From contig OZ241831.1 in assembly GCA_965202585.1 (NCBI GenBank), forward strand, positions 11,098,001-11,162,000: a stretch of DNA of 64,000 bases. The letters run 5' to 3'. The position numbers and the translations under genes were made by a program. Positions 39,501 to 51,800 of the stretch are shown here, one piece after another; the stretch's first letter is position 1; each line of letters opens with the position of its first letter. The notes below the pieces were generated by a model. It was given only the letters and a program-made list of their open reading frames with translations, was not told where the DNA came from and searched no databases. This DNA comes from Thalia democratica (lineage: Eukaryota).

Positions 39501-39720
39501 GTTTGTTTGTCAGCAAACACAACCGTCCCACAGCGCTTTGAAGACCTGAGCCGAGCCGCGGGTGTCTGCTTTCGAGTGTGACGTCAATGCGCGGCGGTGG
39601 TGCGGAAAATTGGGGTGGTGGTGTGGCGATGAGTGAAATGAGGTAATTCACCCGATGATTTGCGAGTGGGAAGAGTGGCGTGATGCGCGCGCGTTAATCT
39701 GTGAAATTCTGCTTTTTGTA
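36600..39720. promoter_or_regulatory. CpG-rich islands 5-8 kb upstream of gsc (about 36600-37090, 38100-38360, 38640-39720); candidate enhancers or an alternative promoter
   Basis: GC/CpG-elevated, non-coding; octamer ATGCAAAT near 38154, TGAGTCA near 38266, TGACGTCA at 39579. Confidence 0.4.
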
Positions 39721-42700
39721 AAGAATTATCAAAAGTTTTTGGTAAAATGTTTTGCTAGTTGCGAAATTTAAGCGGGCAAAAAATATTTAGTTAAAGTTGT
39801 GTAAACAGTTACCTTAGTATTTTACTTACGTCAAAAAGCTGTGAAATTGTTATGTTTGCAAAGATATATAAACATTTATTTGTGAAATGCTTTAATTTAG
39901 AAAATTTAACGATTTTAAGCGTTAAACAAGTATTTTTTGTGTACTAATACGTAAACAAATACTTTAATACTATACTTTATACAAAAAACTGTGAATTTCT
40001 TATTTTTTTAAGGTATATAAAAAGGTTTGGGTAAAATTTTGCTTTTTGCAACTTAATGTTTTTAAGCGACTACAAACGTTTTTTTTTTTGTATACGAATA
40101 TTAACAACTACTATAAAATTTTACTTACTTCGAAGCTTAATGTTTTAGACGTTTAAAAAACACAACTTTGTACTACATATTTGAAAACATTACATATTAA
40201 ACTTTTTTTTGACGTCAATGTTTAAGCGTTAATTTGATAGCGATTTTTATAAAAAATTTGTTTTAAAGTTTACAACTAAAGAAATAAAGTTTAAATAATT
40301 TTAGTTTATAATGAAAAACCACACATCAACAAACATTTTTAACAAAGTTAGAGATAAAAAAACAAAGTTTCATATTAAAGTTTTTTTTGTTTTACATTAA
40401 GTCGTCAAAAGTTTTTAGAACCGTTCTTAATTTATAAATTAAAAAGTTCTTAAAAATACAAAATTACATAGTATCTTTAGAGAAACCAGTTACTTTTTCC
40501 AACTAAAAATGCAACCCTCTACATTTCACAGATCGGTGACACAAAACGAAATAACGCTACAAAATGACAACGCCAGAAAAATTTGTTTGTTATGATTTTG
40601 AAAATGCAAATGTAAGACACCAAATGAGCTGAAAAATTTTGTTGTATCCAAAGACTTGTGTTTTCTTATGTTTGAATATTTTACTTTATTTCAACATTTA
40701 TTTTTCAGTAGCTTTTGTATTGTCATACTCAAATATATTAAAGTGTTAGATTGTTATTTGAACCATCTGTTTATTACAAAGTAAGGTAAGAAGATACATA
40801 AAAAGACATTTGTAAAGCATTAAAAGTAGTTCACTTGCACAAATACACATAGCTTTTAACTTATTAGTTTACTTTTACAAATTTAAATTTGTATATTCAA
40901 CAACAGACAACTTTTTTCATTTTGTTATATGGTGAAAAAACTGAAATTTTCACTCACAAAAAACCTTCTGAGCTCAAATCATACTTGTCTTTATCAAATT
41001 TGTATAAAGTAACCCTAACTAACAATTTGTTTAGTTTTCAGGTTATTATACAGTTAATCATACTAAATGTTTTCACAAACAAAGTTTACACCTACAACTA
41101 TCAAATGTGACGATGAGCCGAGTATAAAATGTAAGAGTTTTATTTTGTTTTACATTGTTATTTGTCGAGTGTGTGTTGTTTAAGATGTAAAACTTTTAGT
41201 ATAATAGCTTTAGATTCTATTAACATTCAAAACAAAACAAAAAAGACCATGAAATTTGAATTGCAGCAAGTTTTTACAAAACTACTTTTACTATCGATAC
41301 AAAACTAATGATACACATAACTTATAAAGTTATTTTATCAAAAAAACAACAATTGATTTTCTACACAACAAAGAAATTAAAACAAATTTGATTGCAACCT
41401 AAAATTGCAACTTTTTAAACACTCACTACATATGTTTATTATGTTAGTCAAAATATATGATAGTACCCAATAAAAGCATTTCTTCTTTATTTTAACAACT
41501 TTTCTTTTACTAGTTAAATATTAAATTACAGGTTATGCAATAGTAATAGCGATGATATACTAGTTACCGCTAACACATGACGCAATAATATCACTCTAAT
41601 AATGTTTTTATTTAGTATGTTTAAGTAGTTATACTGTAAAACTATTTGTGGGTTTTCAAGAAACTTTTTTATTGGAAATACAGTCTATAATAAAACTTCT
41701 AAGTATTTGAAATCAAACTTATAGTAATGCTTAGTTTGTTCTGTCAAAAAGCGTTGATGGTTTGTTTTGTCATCAAATTTACTAATATGGAATAAATTAA
41801 ATTTTTCTCTTTCTCAATTCAAACTAACTCCACTTTTAAAAAATATAAATGAATTAATTCTAAATTAAAATAAAACTTTTCTAAGGTCTTTAAATAAATA
41901 TGCAGTTTATTTTCTACTGACAACAAAGTTGAAAATATAATACTTATGTTTGTAAAAACAGATTTTAAATACATGGTTTGACTAAAACTAAAAAATACAT
42001 AACAAAATTCTGAATAACTTTCCAAGATATTTATTTTTATGAAACTTTTTAACCTTGGTCCTTGGTTTAATTAATAAAATATGCCAAAGATTTACAACAT
42101 TTTCACAAATTTGTTGTCCCACCAAAGTATTATATAAGCCTACAATTTTAACAGTTTTATAGAAAATAAATTTTCAAATGCCGTATGAAATATGTCAAAG
42201 TGAAAAACTTATAATAGATTTTGTATATACTACAACTGGCTTTATGAAAGATAATTATTATCAAATAGTTCTTTCTTGTATAAAGACAACAACAGTAATA
42301 AAAATTATTAAACTTCTTTGATTTCAGTTTAATTTTTCTTAAAAACCCCGATAAGTTTACTTTAGACTGGATAGGTTTTAATAAATTTTAAGACTTTTTA
42401 TGGACTTTTTACATGTCTGAATGACAAAAGAATTCCAAACTTGAAAAAGAATACAAATAGAACTTAGCATTCTCTGTGTTAAAAAATATTTGCCGTCGAT
42501 AGATATTAGTACATTAGCAGTACTATCTTCTCTTTGTGAGTTAATGTTAAGTGCATTTGTTTAAGTACTGAATTCAGGTCATTTTTGATTGAACTACGAC
42601 TAAAGATTACACTAGGGTTTCCGAAAATTGACCATATAGTCTCCTTGGGGACATAAGCAGTAAAGGGGGGGTAGTAAGTAGTAAAGGGGCCTCAGGTAGT

Positions 42701-42812
42701 AAAGGTATGAGATAACAATTTGAAAGCTACACTAGATATTTTAAAGTTTTTAATGAAGAGCAAAAAAATTCATAGGCGTAGTTAGAATTGTTTTGAAATT
42801 TAAACTAGATAC

Positions 42813-43222
42813 CAGGGGTGTCGCGTGGGGTGTTGCACTGCCGCAAATACACCACTTTAAAACTTTAAAAGAAAAAAATGAGTATTTATGACGTTTTATT
42901 TATTTCTAAGAATAAAATCTCTTATAAAACTTCAACTTAGACAACGACCATTTTGCTCTCTACACTGCCGGAAATTACCACAAAATCAATATCTTGCGGT
43001 AAGTAAGCTAAGTTGAAAATTCCCAAGTATCAATCCACAAGCTATTGTAAACAAAAAATGAAAACAAAGTTAAGCAGAGCAGAAGCAACTCAAGCAGAGG
43101 CAACACGAGCACCGGCAACTCCAGCAGAGGTAACTCAAGCAGAGGCGACTTGAGCAGAGGCAACTCAGCAATTTTATTTTAATTTCAGCACCACCTAAAA
43201 AAAATACCACGCAACGCCACCA
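42813..43222. mobile_element. Internally deleted second copy (~410 bp) of the 11004-13278 family
   Basis: The left ~260 bp align with 11004-11330 (e.g. AAAATCAATATCTTGCGGTAAGTAAGCTAAGTTGAAAATTCCC) and the right end aligns with 13240-13278. Confidence 0.85.
43079..43168 (+). repeat. Six tandem copies of a 15-bp unit (consensus GCAGAGGCAACTCAA)
   Basis: Units start at 43079, 43094, 43109, 43124, 43139 and 43154. Confidence 0.9.
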
Positions 43223-46200
43223 AAAAGCATCTTAGCCGTATTTGATCATGGTATTTTAAGAAATCTCATCGGAGGAGGTCATAGCTTTTTTTATTATCTA
43301 AAGGGGGCCTAACAAAAAGTTTTGGAAACCATCTACTACTTAACCTTATGTATTATGTCTTACTAACAAAAATGGTAAACGTACAAGCTTTTTTTAAGAA
43401 AATTAAAATAACTTATAAAAATCTTTTCAAAGAACCAAGGGTGTTGTGTTTAATGTTTCATAAATTTGTTATGGGCTATAACGAGCGTCGTGCTAAAAGT
43501 AGCTTCAGTTTTTATACTTAAACTTATGAAAAAAATCATTTTATAAATCATCATAAGGTTTATATGTTGTTAATAATGTTAAAACTAGGAAAAATAAGTC
43601 TAGCTGCCTTGAATTATCTACTTTTATATTCAATCATAAGGTTTAAAGCAGCATTAAAGTAAACTACTTTTTATGTAATTAGGTTACAAACTAAAATTTT
43701 AAATTTATTGATTGTATTATTACAATTTACTAGTGATAGCTTTAGTGATTTTATAGAACAGCTATAAAAAGATTGTATATTTTTTTCTACTCTAAAAAAA
43801 TAATATATACAATAAATAGATATTTGTAAAAGCATGTTTTTATTAGAGTTAATTTTTTTTAAATCTATTGTATTTTTGAAGAAATAATAAAGCGTGTTTT
43901 TGAATACTACAATATTATTATAATTGTGTTTAAAATATAAATTAGATTTTCATTCAGAAAATAATGTATTTGTTCCAAGTAATACAAACAGATGTGCACA
44001 TTGAAAAATAACTTTAGTTTATAAAAATTTGCCGTTATCACAAATACTTACTGTGATTATGAAATCTTCTCTTACATTATTTTGATATAGAAAATCATTT
44101 CAGATATAATTACTTTTCGAAATTCTGTTGAACTCTATAAAGTTTACCATTCTTATTAAGGACTTTATCCAATAAAGTATTTTTATATTCATACCTTGAG
44201 GTACCACAGTTGCGGCGTACTTATTCTGGATGTAACAGGTAATTTTTGTCAACAAAAAAATTAAGAAAGAAACTGTATTTTAACTTGATGATATTTTTTA
44301 GTCCTTTTTTGTAAATACAATAACTTATAAAGAAGCAATCTTATAAGTACTTAACACTTCCAATTAGAGTTATGTTGATTAAAACATGAACATTTGAAAA
44401 GTAATTTGTTTAAAAGAAACATGATATTTATAGATATAGTATGCAAATGAACTTATAACATAATATTTTTAATACACACAATAATTTTGAGTTTTTTTAT
44501 TATTTTGAACTAGTTGATACCTTTTTTATTCATAAAAATTATCTTAGCAACCAAAAATTGAATACCTAAAGCTATCCTCAATACAAATTATTTATGTAAA
44601 GTCTTTTAAATACTAGCTTTTCATAATTGAATAGATACCAGAAAAGTTACAAAATTGAATATAAGTGAAATTTCACTATTACTATATACTTTATAAAAAT
44701 TTGGAAAAGAATAAAAGTAGAACTATGACTACCATAGTTTTCAGCTTTTTGTTTATTTATTTTGTTTTTAAGAAATTTTTACATTTTTGGCTGTTTGTAG
44801 CTGTGGGTTATATGATATCTTACAACTAATTCATAATCTTTTTTTCTTATTCCACATTAAACAATTTTTCTTAAAAAAACACAAAAAAACAATAGTTACA
44901 CTATTATCAGGTAACTAATTCAGATATATTTTTAACAAAGCACAACAAATTGAACATATATGCTGAATCAGTCAACTTTAAATTCAAAGTGCGCACTTTT
45001 GAAAGTGAATCCCCTAATAATTTATACGTTATAAACTTACTGTCAACGTGCAAAGTTTGCATATTTAATTGAGACATGGATTAAAATGCAAAAATAAGTA
45101 GAAAAATATTCTTTTTTTTTAATATCCCTTTTTTTTATATACAGGCCACCACTTAAAACAGTAATAAACGCTTATGAAGATATTATTTTTGTTTTATTTT
45201 ATTATTTTACCAGAATATTTTTTGCAGCAAACTTTATTTAAACAATAAAACTACCGGTGAGAATTTTTAATAATATTTTTTTATAAACAATAAAACTATT
45301 TGGGAACAGTTGTGTAATACTGTTAATAGTCCACATTTACAAAATTTAGAATAACAACTAATTTTATTTTCTCATTGGTTTAATTTTTTTATCACATATA
45401 TAGAACTTTTATAAGTTTTACATAACTATTAAACAGTAAAGTTGTATCAAAAAATATAGCTAATAATTTTTCATATAAAAAATTGATTTACATATTTACT
45501 TTTTGCAAAACTTAAAATTTGGTATGAAACTAATAAACTTTGAGGTGTTAGACTTCTTTATTTCTCAAAAGTTTTATCAAAATTTGCAAAATATTGTCAA
45601 GCTTTATAAAAAACTTAAGATTTTTATACTACAACTAAAATTAAATATTTTTTATAAAGCTTGATTCATCCAACTATATGCGTGCTTATGTGCTTGTGTA
45701 ACGCGTGGCCTCTCTCAATTCTTCTATAATCGCTTGGTAAAATCTATTTGCTTTATTGCTACTGCTGTATTTGTTTATCGTTTAAATCACGGAAGAACGT
45801 TTTATCGATAGAGTTTTAAATAAATAAAGGAAGTAATCGATTTCAGAATCTGTTCTACTTATGAAAACTATCTTTAAATGGTTTTATTTTTGAATGATGT
45901 TTGAAAACCATTTATCTTTTAGCACCAATCGACAACTTTAAACGGCATTTTAATAAAATTAACATTTTTTTATTTGTAATGTTAAAAGAAAACTGTGAAT
46001 CTTATGCAATGAATTGACTGCTCTTTATTCCGCTTTTTTTACCAAAACTTAAGTAAAAATTTAGAAAAAGTAAGTAGGTTTATTAAACAGCTTAAAACTT
46101 TTCATCACTTATACTTACCCCAATCTTAATACCATACTCAAATTCTTATTACTTTTTCAATTTATGAAAAAAAAATAACTGTTAGAAAAATTAATATCTT

Positions 46201-46349
46201 GTATTTTATCTTCAGAGTTTTTTCTTATAAATGAGTTTTTAAATCCAGCAGATGGTTGGGTACACATTATAATGACAACTATAAACTTGTTAAACATTCT
46301 TTTTTTTTTCATTTCAAACTTATGCTTTTCATCAAAAACTACAAAAGCC

Positions 46350-46930
46350 ACATCACCGACCAAAAAGCCCGTACAAATAAAAGCAATATCCCGTCCTCAA
46401 AAATAAAACATACCTTTTCCTGTACGTAAGCTCCTAGCAAAACAGGCAGAGTTAAAGTGTAAACCCCGTGAGATCACTCGAGTGTGCACAATTATCAACA
46501 CTCGATACTTTAACTGGCTTCAAAGCAACACGAATCGGTTTACGCTAGGATGGGTCGACGAATAAACATGTGGGGGTATTGAGAAGGATTATGGCCCGCA
46601 TGAGCAAAACTTAAAATCTAGACGCGAGTGTGTAACATCACCCGTGTTGAAATTTTTCTAATGCAAATTGATGTGTTTTGGCTGTCAATTTGCAGCGCCA
46701 GCCAAATCGCGCTCGCATATTTGAAACTTGTGTAATCTCATGAAATATTTTCTTTCTGACACCGCTACTTGTTCGCGCTGAATAAAAAATCACCAGCAGC
46801 TTAAAAAACTCGCCTGTTTCAGATGCTAACTTTGATAAATCGATGAGTTTTTCAGACGTTTCGTCACAAGAACTCATTGCTATTTCTGTCACAGCCACAA
46901 GCTATTTTGTAAGACCGGGTGGCCCAAAAG
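46350..46930. promoter_or_regulatory. CpG-rich non-coding island ~15 kb upstream of gsc
   Basis: Composition contrast only. Confidence 0.3.
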
Positions 46931-48584
46931 TTAGCTCATAAATTTTTTATCAGATTTTTTACATTTTGCTTTTAAATATTTCAAGTGAAAATGTTGTAAA
47001 ATTTGCATATAAGGTTAAAAAGGTTTTATCAAATGTCAAAGAGCTTCAATGAAAATAATTACGGTTACATAAAATTTTACTGTCCCTTAGCTTTTGCATA
47101 ACTCAAAAGTAAAATTACCTATTCTTCAAATTTTTAATAAAATCCAAGTATGTACTCATGCTTGCTTTAAAAAGGTACAAACATAACCATGTAACATCAA
47201 GTAAGATTTAAATAAAACAGATTTAAAAGATTTAGATTAAAAACAACAGTGATGTTAATTCAAAACATTTTTAATCATGCATAATACTTATATGCGATTA
47301 GTTCGAACAGTGTGGTTTCATTTAAAGTGCTGTTTATAGATTAAAGCAACATGAAAGTAAGTAAAAATTACAAGTTATTACAAATAATGATTAATAAAAG
47401 CTTAAAATTTTAGCACAATCTTTTTAAAAGATTAATCACATTAGCTTAAGTAGTTTACTACAATTTGAAATAATAATGATCAAACACCAAAATTCAAAAC
47501 AATTTAAATAGTTTATTGTCTTTTTTGCTGTGTAACATTCTCTAATGTTTTAATCAAAAGTTGTTTACGTTTGAAATAACAAACTAACATCTAATTCTTT
47601 AATTATTTATATTAATGTCTTTAAAAACTTTGACGGTTAAATTTAAAGGTTATATTAGCTTTAACTAGTCATATAGCAATTTCAAAAACATCTTTAAAAT
47701 TAAAAACTTAGTATAACTATATTTAAAATTAATTTTAACCTTAATGTACTACGCTAATAAAATTCTAATAAAAACAACATGACAATAGGAATACAGTAAT
47801 AATTGTTTGAAGTACTAACTTACTACATACTTACATATGTATACTTTATTTTATGGAATTTAATTTGTTGCTTACAGTTAATATAAAGCTGATTTCATTC
47901 TAAAGACTTTTATATATTAATAAAATGGTAGTATTTTTTAACAAATGTTTAATATAACTTATCATTTTGATCCAACTAATGGCTATTTTTAACAACTTTC
48001 AGAAACCATTTTATGTTACATTTACCAAACGCATACAGTACTTATATCTTCATCGTCCAAAATAAATTCAATATTGTGTATACATATTAAAATTTACCGC
48101 TAGTTTTTTGTAGATTTCATATCTTAAAGAAAACTTCAACTATAAATGTAGTTTTGTAATTTGAGTCACTATCTTTGCTTGTATTTGTAGAATAATTAGA
48201 CTTTATAGTATTCTTCAGTGTTGATACAGAAAAATAAGCTTAAAAAATAAAAGTATGTTAAACTTTAATTTTTGTGCAAAACAATTCTTTATTGCATGTC
48301 TATAATTTTTTTTACAACTTTTCTAAATAATTTTTAAGAATTCCAGCTTGGCAAAAAATATCAACTAAATATTTCGTCAATTCTTAGATTTTTATTTAGT
48401 TTGATAATATGCTGTTTGAAACATTAAGTGTACAACATATGTTATTATAATCTTTTGTAACTTGCCTATTATCTATTGCTATTAGATAACTATATTATTT
48501 TTAAGGGTATGTTAAAAGGTTAAAGTTTAAGTAATTTAGAATACTTGAAATTTAGCTATTTGTTAACTTAATTTTCCAGCTGCT

Positions 48585-49279
48585 CAATGGTCACCAAGCT
48601 GATTAATATTTGTTCATCCTTTGAAATAAAAAAATATATATATTGGGTACTCCTACACTTGAACAAGTGTGCTGCTATTAGTTAAAAACATGTAAACACT
48701 TTTTATTCATAGCGTGCTTTTAGTTGATTAAAAAAAAAACAATCAAATTTAAATGGAAACACTCAATAAACTAAATTGGGAATATATAAACAAGCTAAAC
48801 AGTTAATCCTCTGTCCATTCTAATATATTTTTTGTTTTATTGAGCTTGTTTTAGCAATAGTATTTTACTTATACCGCTCAAGTCTTAAACCATTATGAAA
48901 AAACATATCCGCCACTACTATTAAAACCATTAAACCTTATATACAATGTTTAGTAAAAAATATCTAGTAATCTTTGGCAAGCTTGGAAAGGAAAAAAGTT
49001 CTTACATTAATAATTCCATTTTTATTTCTACATTATAATTAAAAGTATTAGAAAGGTACAAAAATGGTCGTTTTTTAACAAAATGGTCAAATTGGTCAAT
49101 AGTCAAATAAAAAAACAATTTGAATAACTTATCAGGGTTGTAATTAGCTTTACTGTTAAACCTTATCGTTTGAAGATAATAAACTATATTAAACTTTTTT
49201 TGCATTACCTGAAAAATTCATGCACCCATAAGGTTCGTGCACCCCAAACTAAATTCTGTGTACACTTTGACGACAACTG
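48585..49279 (-). mobile_element. ~700-bp hAT-like MITE, inverted copy of 50565-51287
   Basis: Ends CAATGGTCACCAAGCTGA / TTGACGACAACTG; 49038-49266 is an imperfect reverse complement of 50598-50817. Confidence 0.65.
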
Positions 49280-49573
49280 CTCTACAGTACAGTTGTAAGT
49301 ATAGTTGGTAATGTTTATTCTTTTACTTCATAAGTACAATAAAAAATTACTGTATTATTATACCTAATTCAGTGAGCCCATGATGAAAGTTGTAAAATTA
49401 CATGCTATAAAAACTTTTTGAACTTTGTACTTTAAACTTTTTTGAAACAGCAGTGTTTCCCAAACTTTTTATCATAAAGCCCCCTTTGAAAATAAAAACT
49501 ACTCTTATATCAACTCGAGAATATCTAGTGTAAGTTTCACAATATGGCCTTATGGCCCCTTTACTACTCAAAG

Positions 49574-50273
49574 CCCTGGTGCCAAAAAACCTGGGAACCT
49601 GGAAAAACGCTGAATTTGAGAAATTTTTTAAAAAAATCTGGAAAAACCTGGAATTTTTGACAACTTTAACATGTTAAGTTGTAAAACTTAGTTTGACACA
49701 AAATATCTATAATATTGACCAGGGGTCGGCAAACTGTTGCCCGCGGGCCAAATTTGGCCCTCAAAGTCTGCGGTCAGCAAGCTCCTTTTCAGTTGAAAAT
49801 ATACATTTTAAAAACAATAAAAATTAAATATTTTGTAATAAAAACTTACAGTTAGGCTCTTAGATTAATAAATACTCTTTATTAGGCCTCCAATATTGCT
49901 TAAATTATCTTACTTTTGATCTTAACAATATTTTTCTACTGATTACTAAAAATTTGTTTTTTAATGCGGCCCTCAAACGTTTTTTTATAATTAGTGCTGC
50001 CGCGAGCAATTTTTCCTAGAAAAATTGGCCCGCGAGTTACATAAGGCTGCCGACCCCTGGTATAAATATATTTTTTTGTCATCATCAAAAAAAGTTTTAA
50101 TAAAAAATACAATTAAAGTATTTTACAGTATCTTTTCAATGTTTTTATACTACTTAGCACAGTTTATTACCTTAACTTAAAACTAAAAATAGGCCTAAAA
50201 TGTGTATTTTTAAAAACCCGGAGGAAATTTTTAAAACCTGGAGAAAATTTGCCAAAAACATTTGACAACCCTG
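49574..50273. mobile_element. Older MITE (AAAACCTGG-repeat type, ends ...GACAACCCTG) interrupted by the 49720-50059 element
   Basis: Repeated AAA(A)CCTGGAA motifs on both sides of the insert; CAGGGTTG-type right terminus; left terminus degenerate. Confidence 0.5.
49720..50059. mobile_element. hAT-like MITE, 340 bp
   Basis: Perfect 12-bp TIR CAGGGGTCGGCA; internal GGCCCGC/GGCCC repeats; no TSD recovered. Confidence 0.85.
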
Positions 50274-50564
50274 ATTAGTGGTATGAGTTGTACTCATTGT
50301 ATTTTGTGTACGTTCTTTTATTTGAAAAACACAACCAAACTAAAATAGTTTTTTATGAAGTTCTCAGACAAAACAATTTTTTCACAATAACATACAATAA
50401 TATTAATTTATTCGGTCAATATCTAAAAAAGCTAAAATTACCTTTTAACTAATAAATAAGGGTTTAAAGCAAAACAACCTAGCTGTTTTTATTAAAAACT
50501 TATTACAAATGTGTTTTCTTAGGTTAATTTCTTCAAGATAAAATAAACAGTTTATTAACTATAT

Positions 50565-51287
50565 CAGTGGTCATCAAAAAATACACTGGTGCTCACTAGT
50601 TTACACAAAATTTATTTGGGGTGCACGAAACTTTTGGGATACACCTAACTTTTTTTGTGGTGCATGAACTTTTCAGGTGACGCAAAACAAAATTTGTTTA
50701 GTTTACTATTTTGTTTCTTTTTAATTGAAGTTAATTTTAGCTCTGATAACTTTGTTTTCTATTTTTTTTCAATTTTGTTAAAAAACGACCTCTTTTGTAC
50801 CTTCTAATACTTTTAATGAAAATTAATCAATAGTTTAAAATATGTTCTCCTTCCAAATCCTCCTAAATAAACTTCTGAAAGTAAACCTCAAAGACTTCAA
50901 TATGGAAAAGATTAGTATACAATTTGTATTTAACGTTATCAAATATTCTAGTTTAAGCATAGCACTATATTTAAAATTACTAATATATTATCATTATTGA
51001 AAAAATATATATTATTCAGTATTTCAATTGACAAATATTATAATATATGGAATCATTTTAATATAATAAATATAATTAATTGTACTTCTAATAAGTTTTA
51101 AATTCAAAAGTTGTTAATACTCTCAGATTTTTTCAAACAACAAAGAGCAGAAATTGCTGCAGTCTCCTTATACTGAAAATTAAAGTTGATTACGTTTTCT
51201 TACCACTAGCGGCTTAACTTGGAAGGTTCACAAAAACTATTTTTCACAATTTGGTGTGCACAGATTTTATCAGCTTGACGGCCACTG
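50565..51287 (+). mobile_element. ~720-bp hAT-like MITE
   Basis: TIR CAGTGGTCATCAA / TTGACGGCCACTG with subterminal GTGCAC motifs; flanking 8-mers match only 5/8. Confidence 0.65.
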
Positions 51288-51371
51288 TTCTAAATTAAAA
51301 TACAGTTACAATAAAATAGTCACTAACTTTAGTTTAAGAATGTATTTAATAATATTTTAATCTTTTTCAGA

Positions 51372-51800
51372 TTCATAGATAAATGTTCTTAATGTCTACT
51401 ACTTCAGACTTGAAATCGCTGTGCAAAATGCGGAGCCGTGTTTTCAACAGAAGTTGGGTCACATAAGCTCGTGAGTTGTCTTAAAAATGGATCATTCATA
51501 TTTACCTACGAGCAATCAACACTGAGTGATGGGTTAGTTGGCTGAGAAAACTCGTCAGAATCCAGCAGCATGGTTATCAGCTGTGAACCAAAAAGTTGCA
51601 CTCACACATTCAACTCTAATCCCCAAGATTTTAATCTGTGAGAACACCTATGAGATTAAATGTTTTCTCTAATCAAGAAACAAACTGAGGGTGGAAACTG
51701 CCGCAGATTTAAGAGTAATCCCGAGGGAGGAATACGGAATAGCTTTGTCGTTGTGTATCAAGCATGCTTAAGTACCTGGGAGCATTTTGAGCATGGTTTT
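51372..51800. promoter_or_regulatory. Non-coding island with five TAATC cores in ~105 bp; candidate distal K50-responsive enhancer
   Basis: TAATCC at 51617 and 51716, TAATCT at 51632, AGATTA at 51653, TAATCA at 51670. Confidence 0.4.

Larger units (their letters stand above)
42613..43335. mobile_element. Old hAT-like MITE hosting the 42813-43222 insertion
   Basis: Ends TAGGGTTTCCGAAA / TTTGGAAACCATCTA form an imperfect TIR; no TSD recovered. Confidence 0.4.
49451..50333. mobile_element. Possible outer hAT-like MITE (CAGTGTTTCCCAAACT left end)
   Basis: The left terminus is clear; the right terminus (TTTGAAAAACAC near 50320) is only a weak match. Confidence 0.35.

Noticed and set aside
44020-44240. 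Possible decayed coding fragment on the minus strand (…RNCGTSRYEYKNTLLDKVLNKNGKLYRVQQNF…)
   Set aside because: Too short and interrupted to distinguish from chance without a search.
46914-46931. ACCGGGTGGCCCAAAAGT, resembling a Tc1/mariner-type terminus
   Set aside because: No TA flank and no matching opposite end found.
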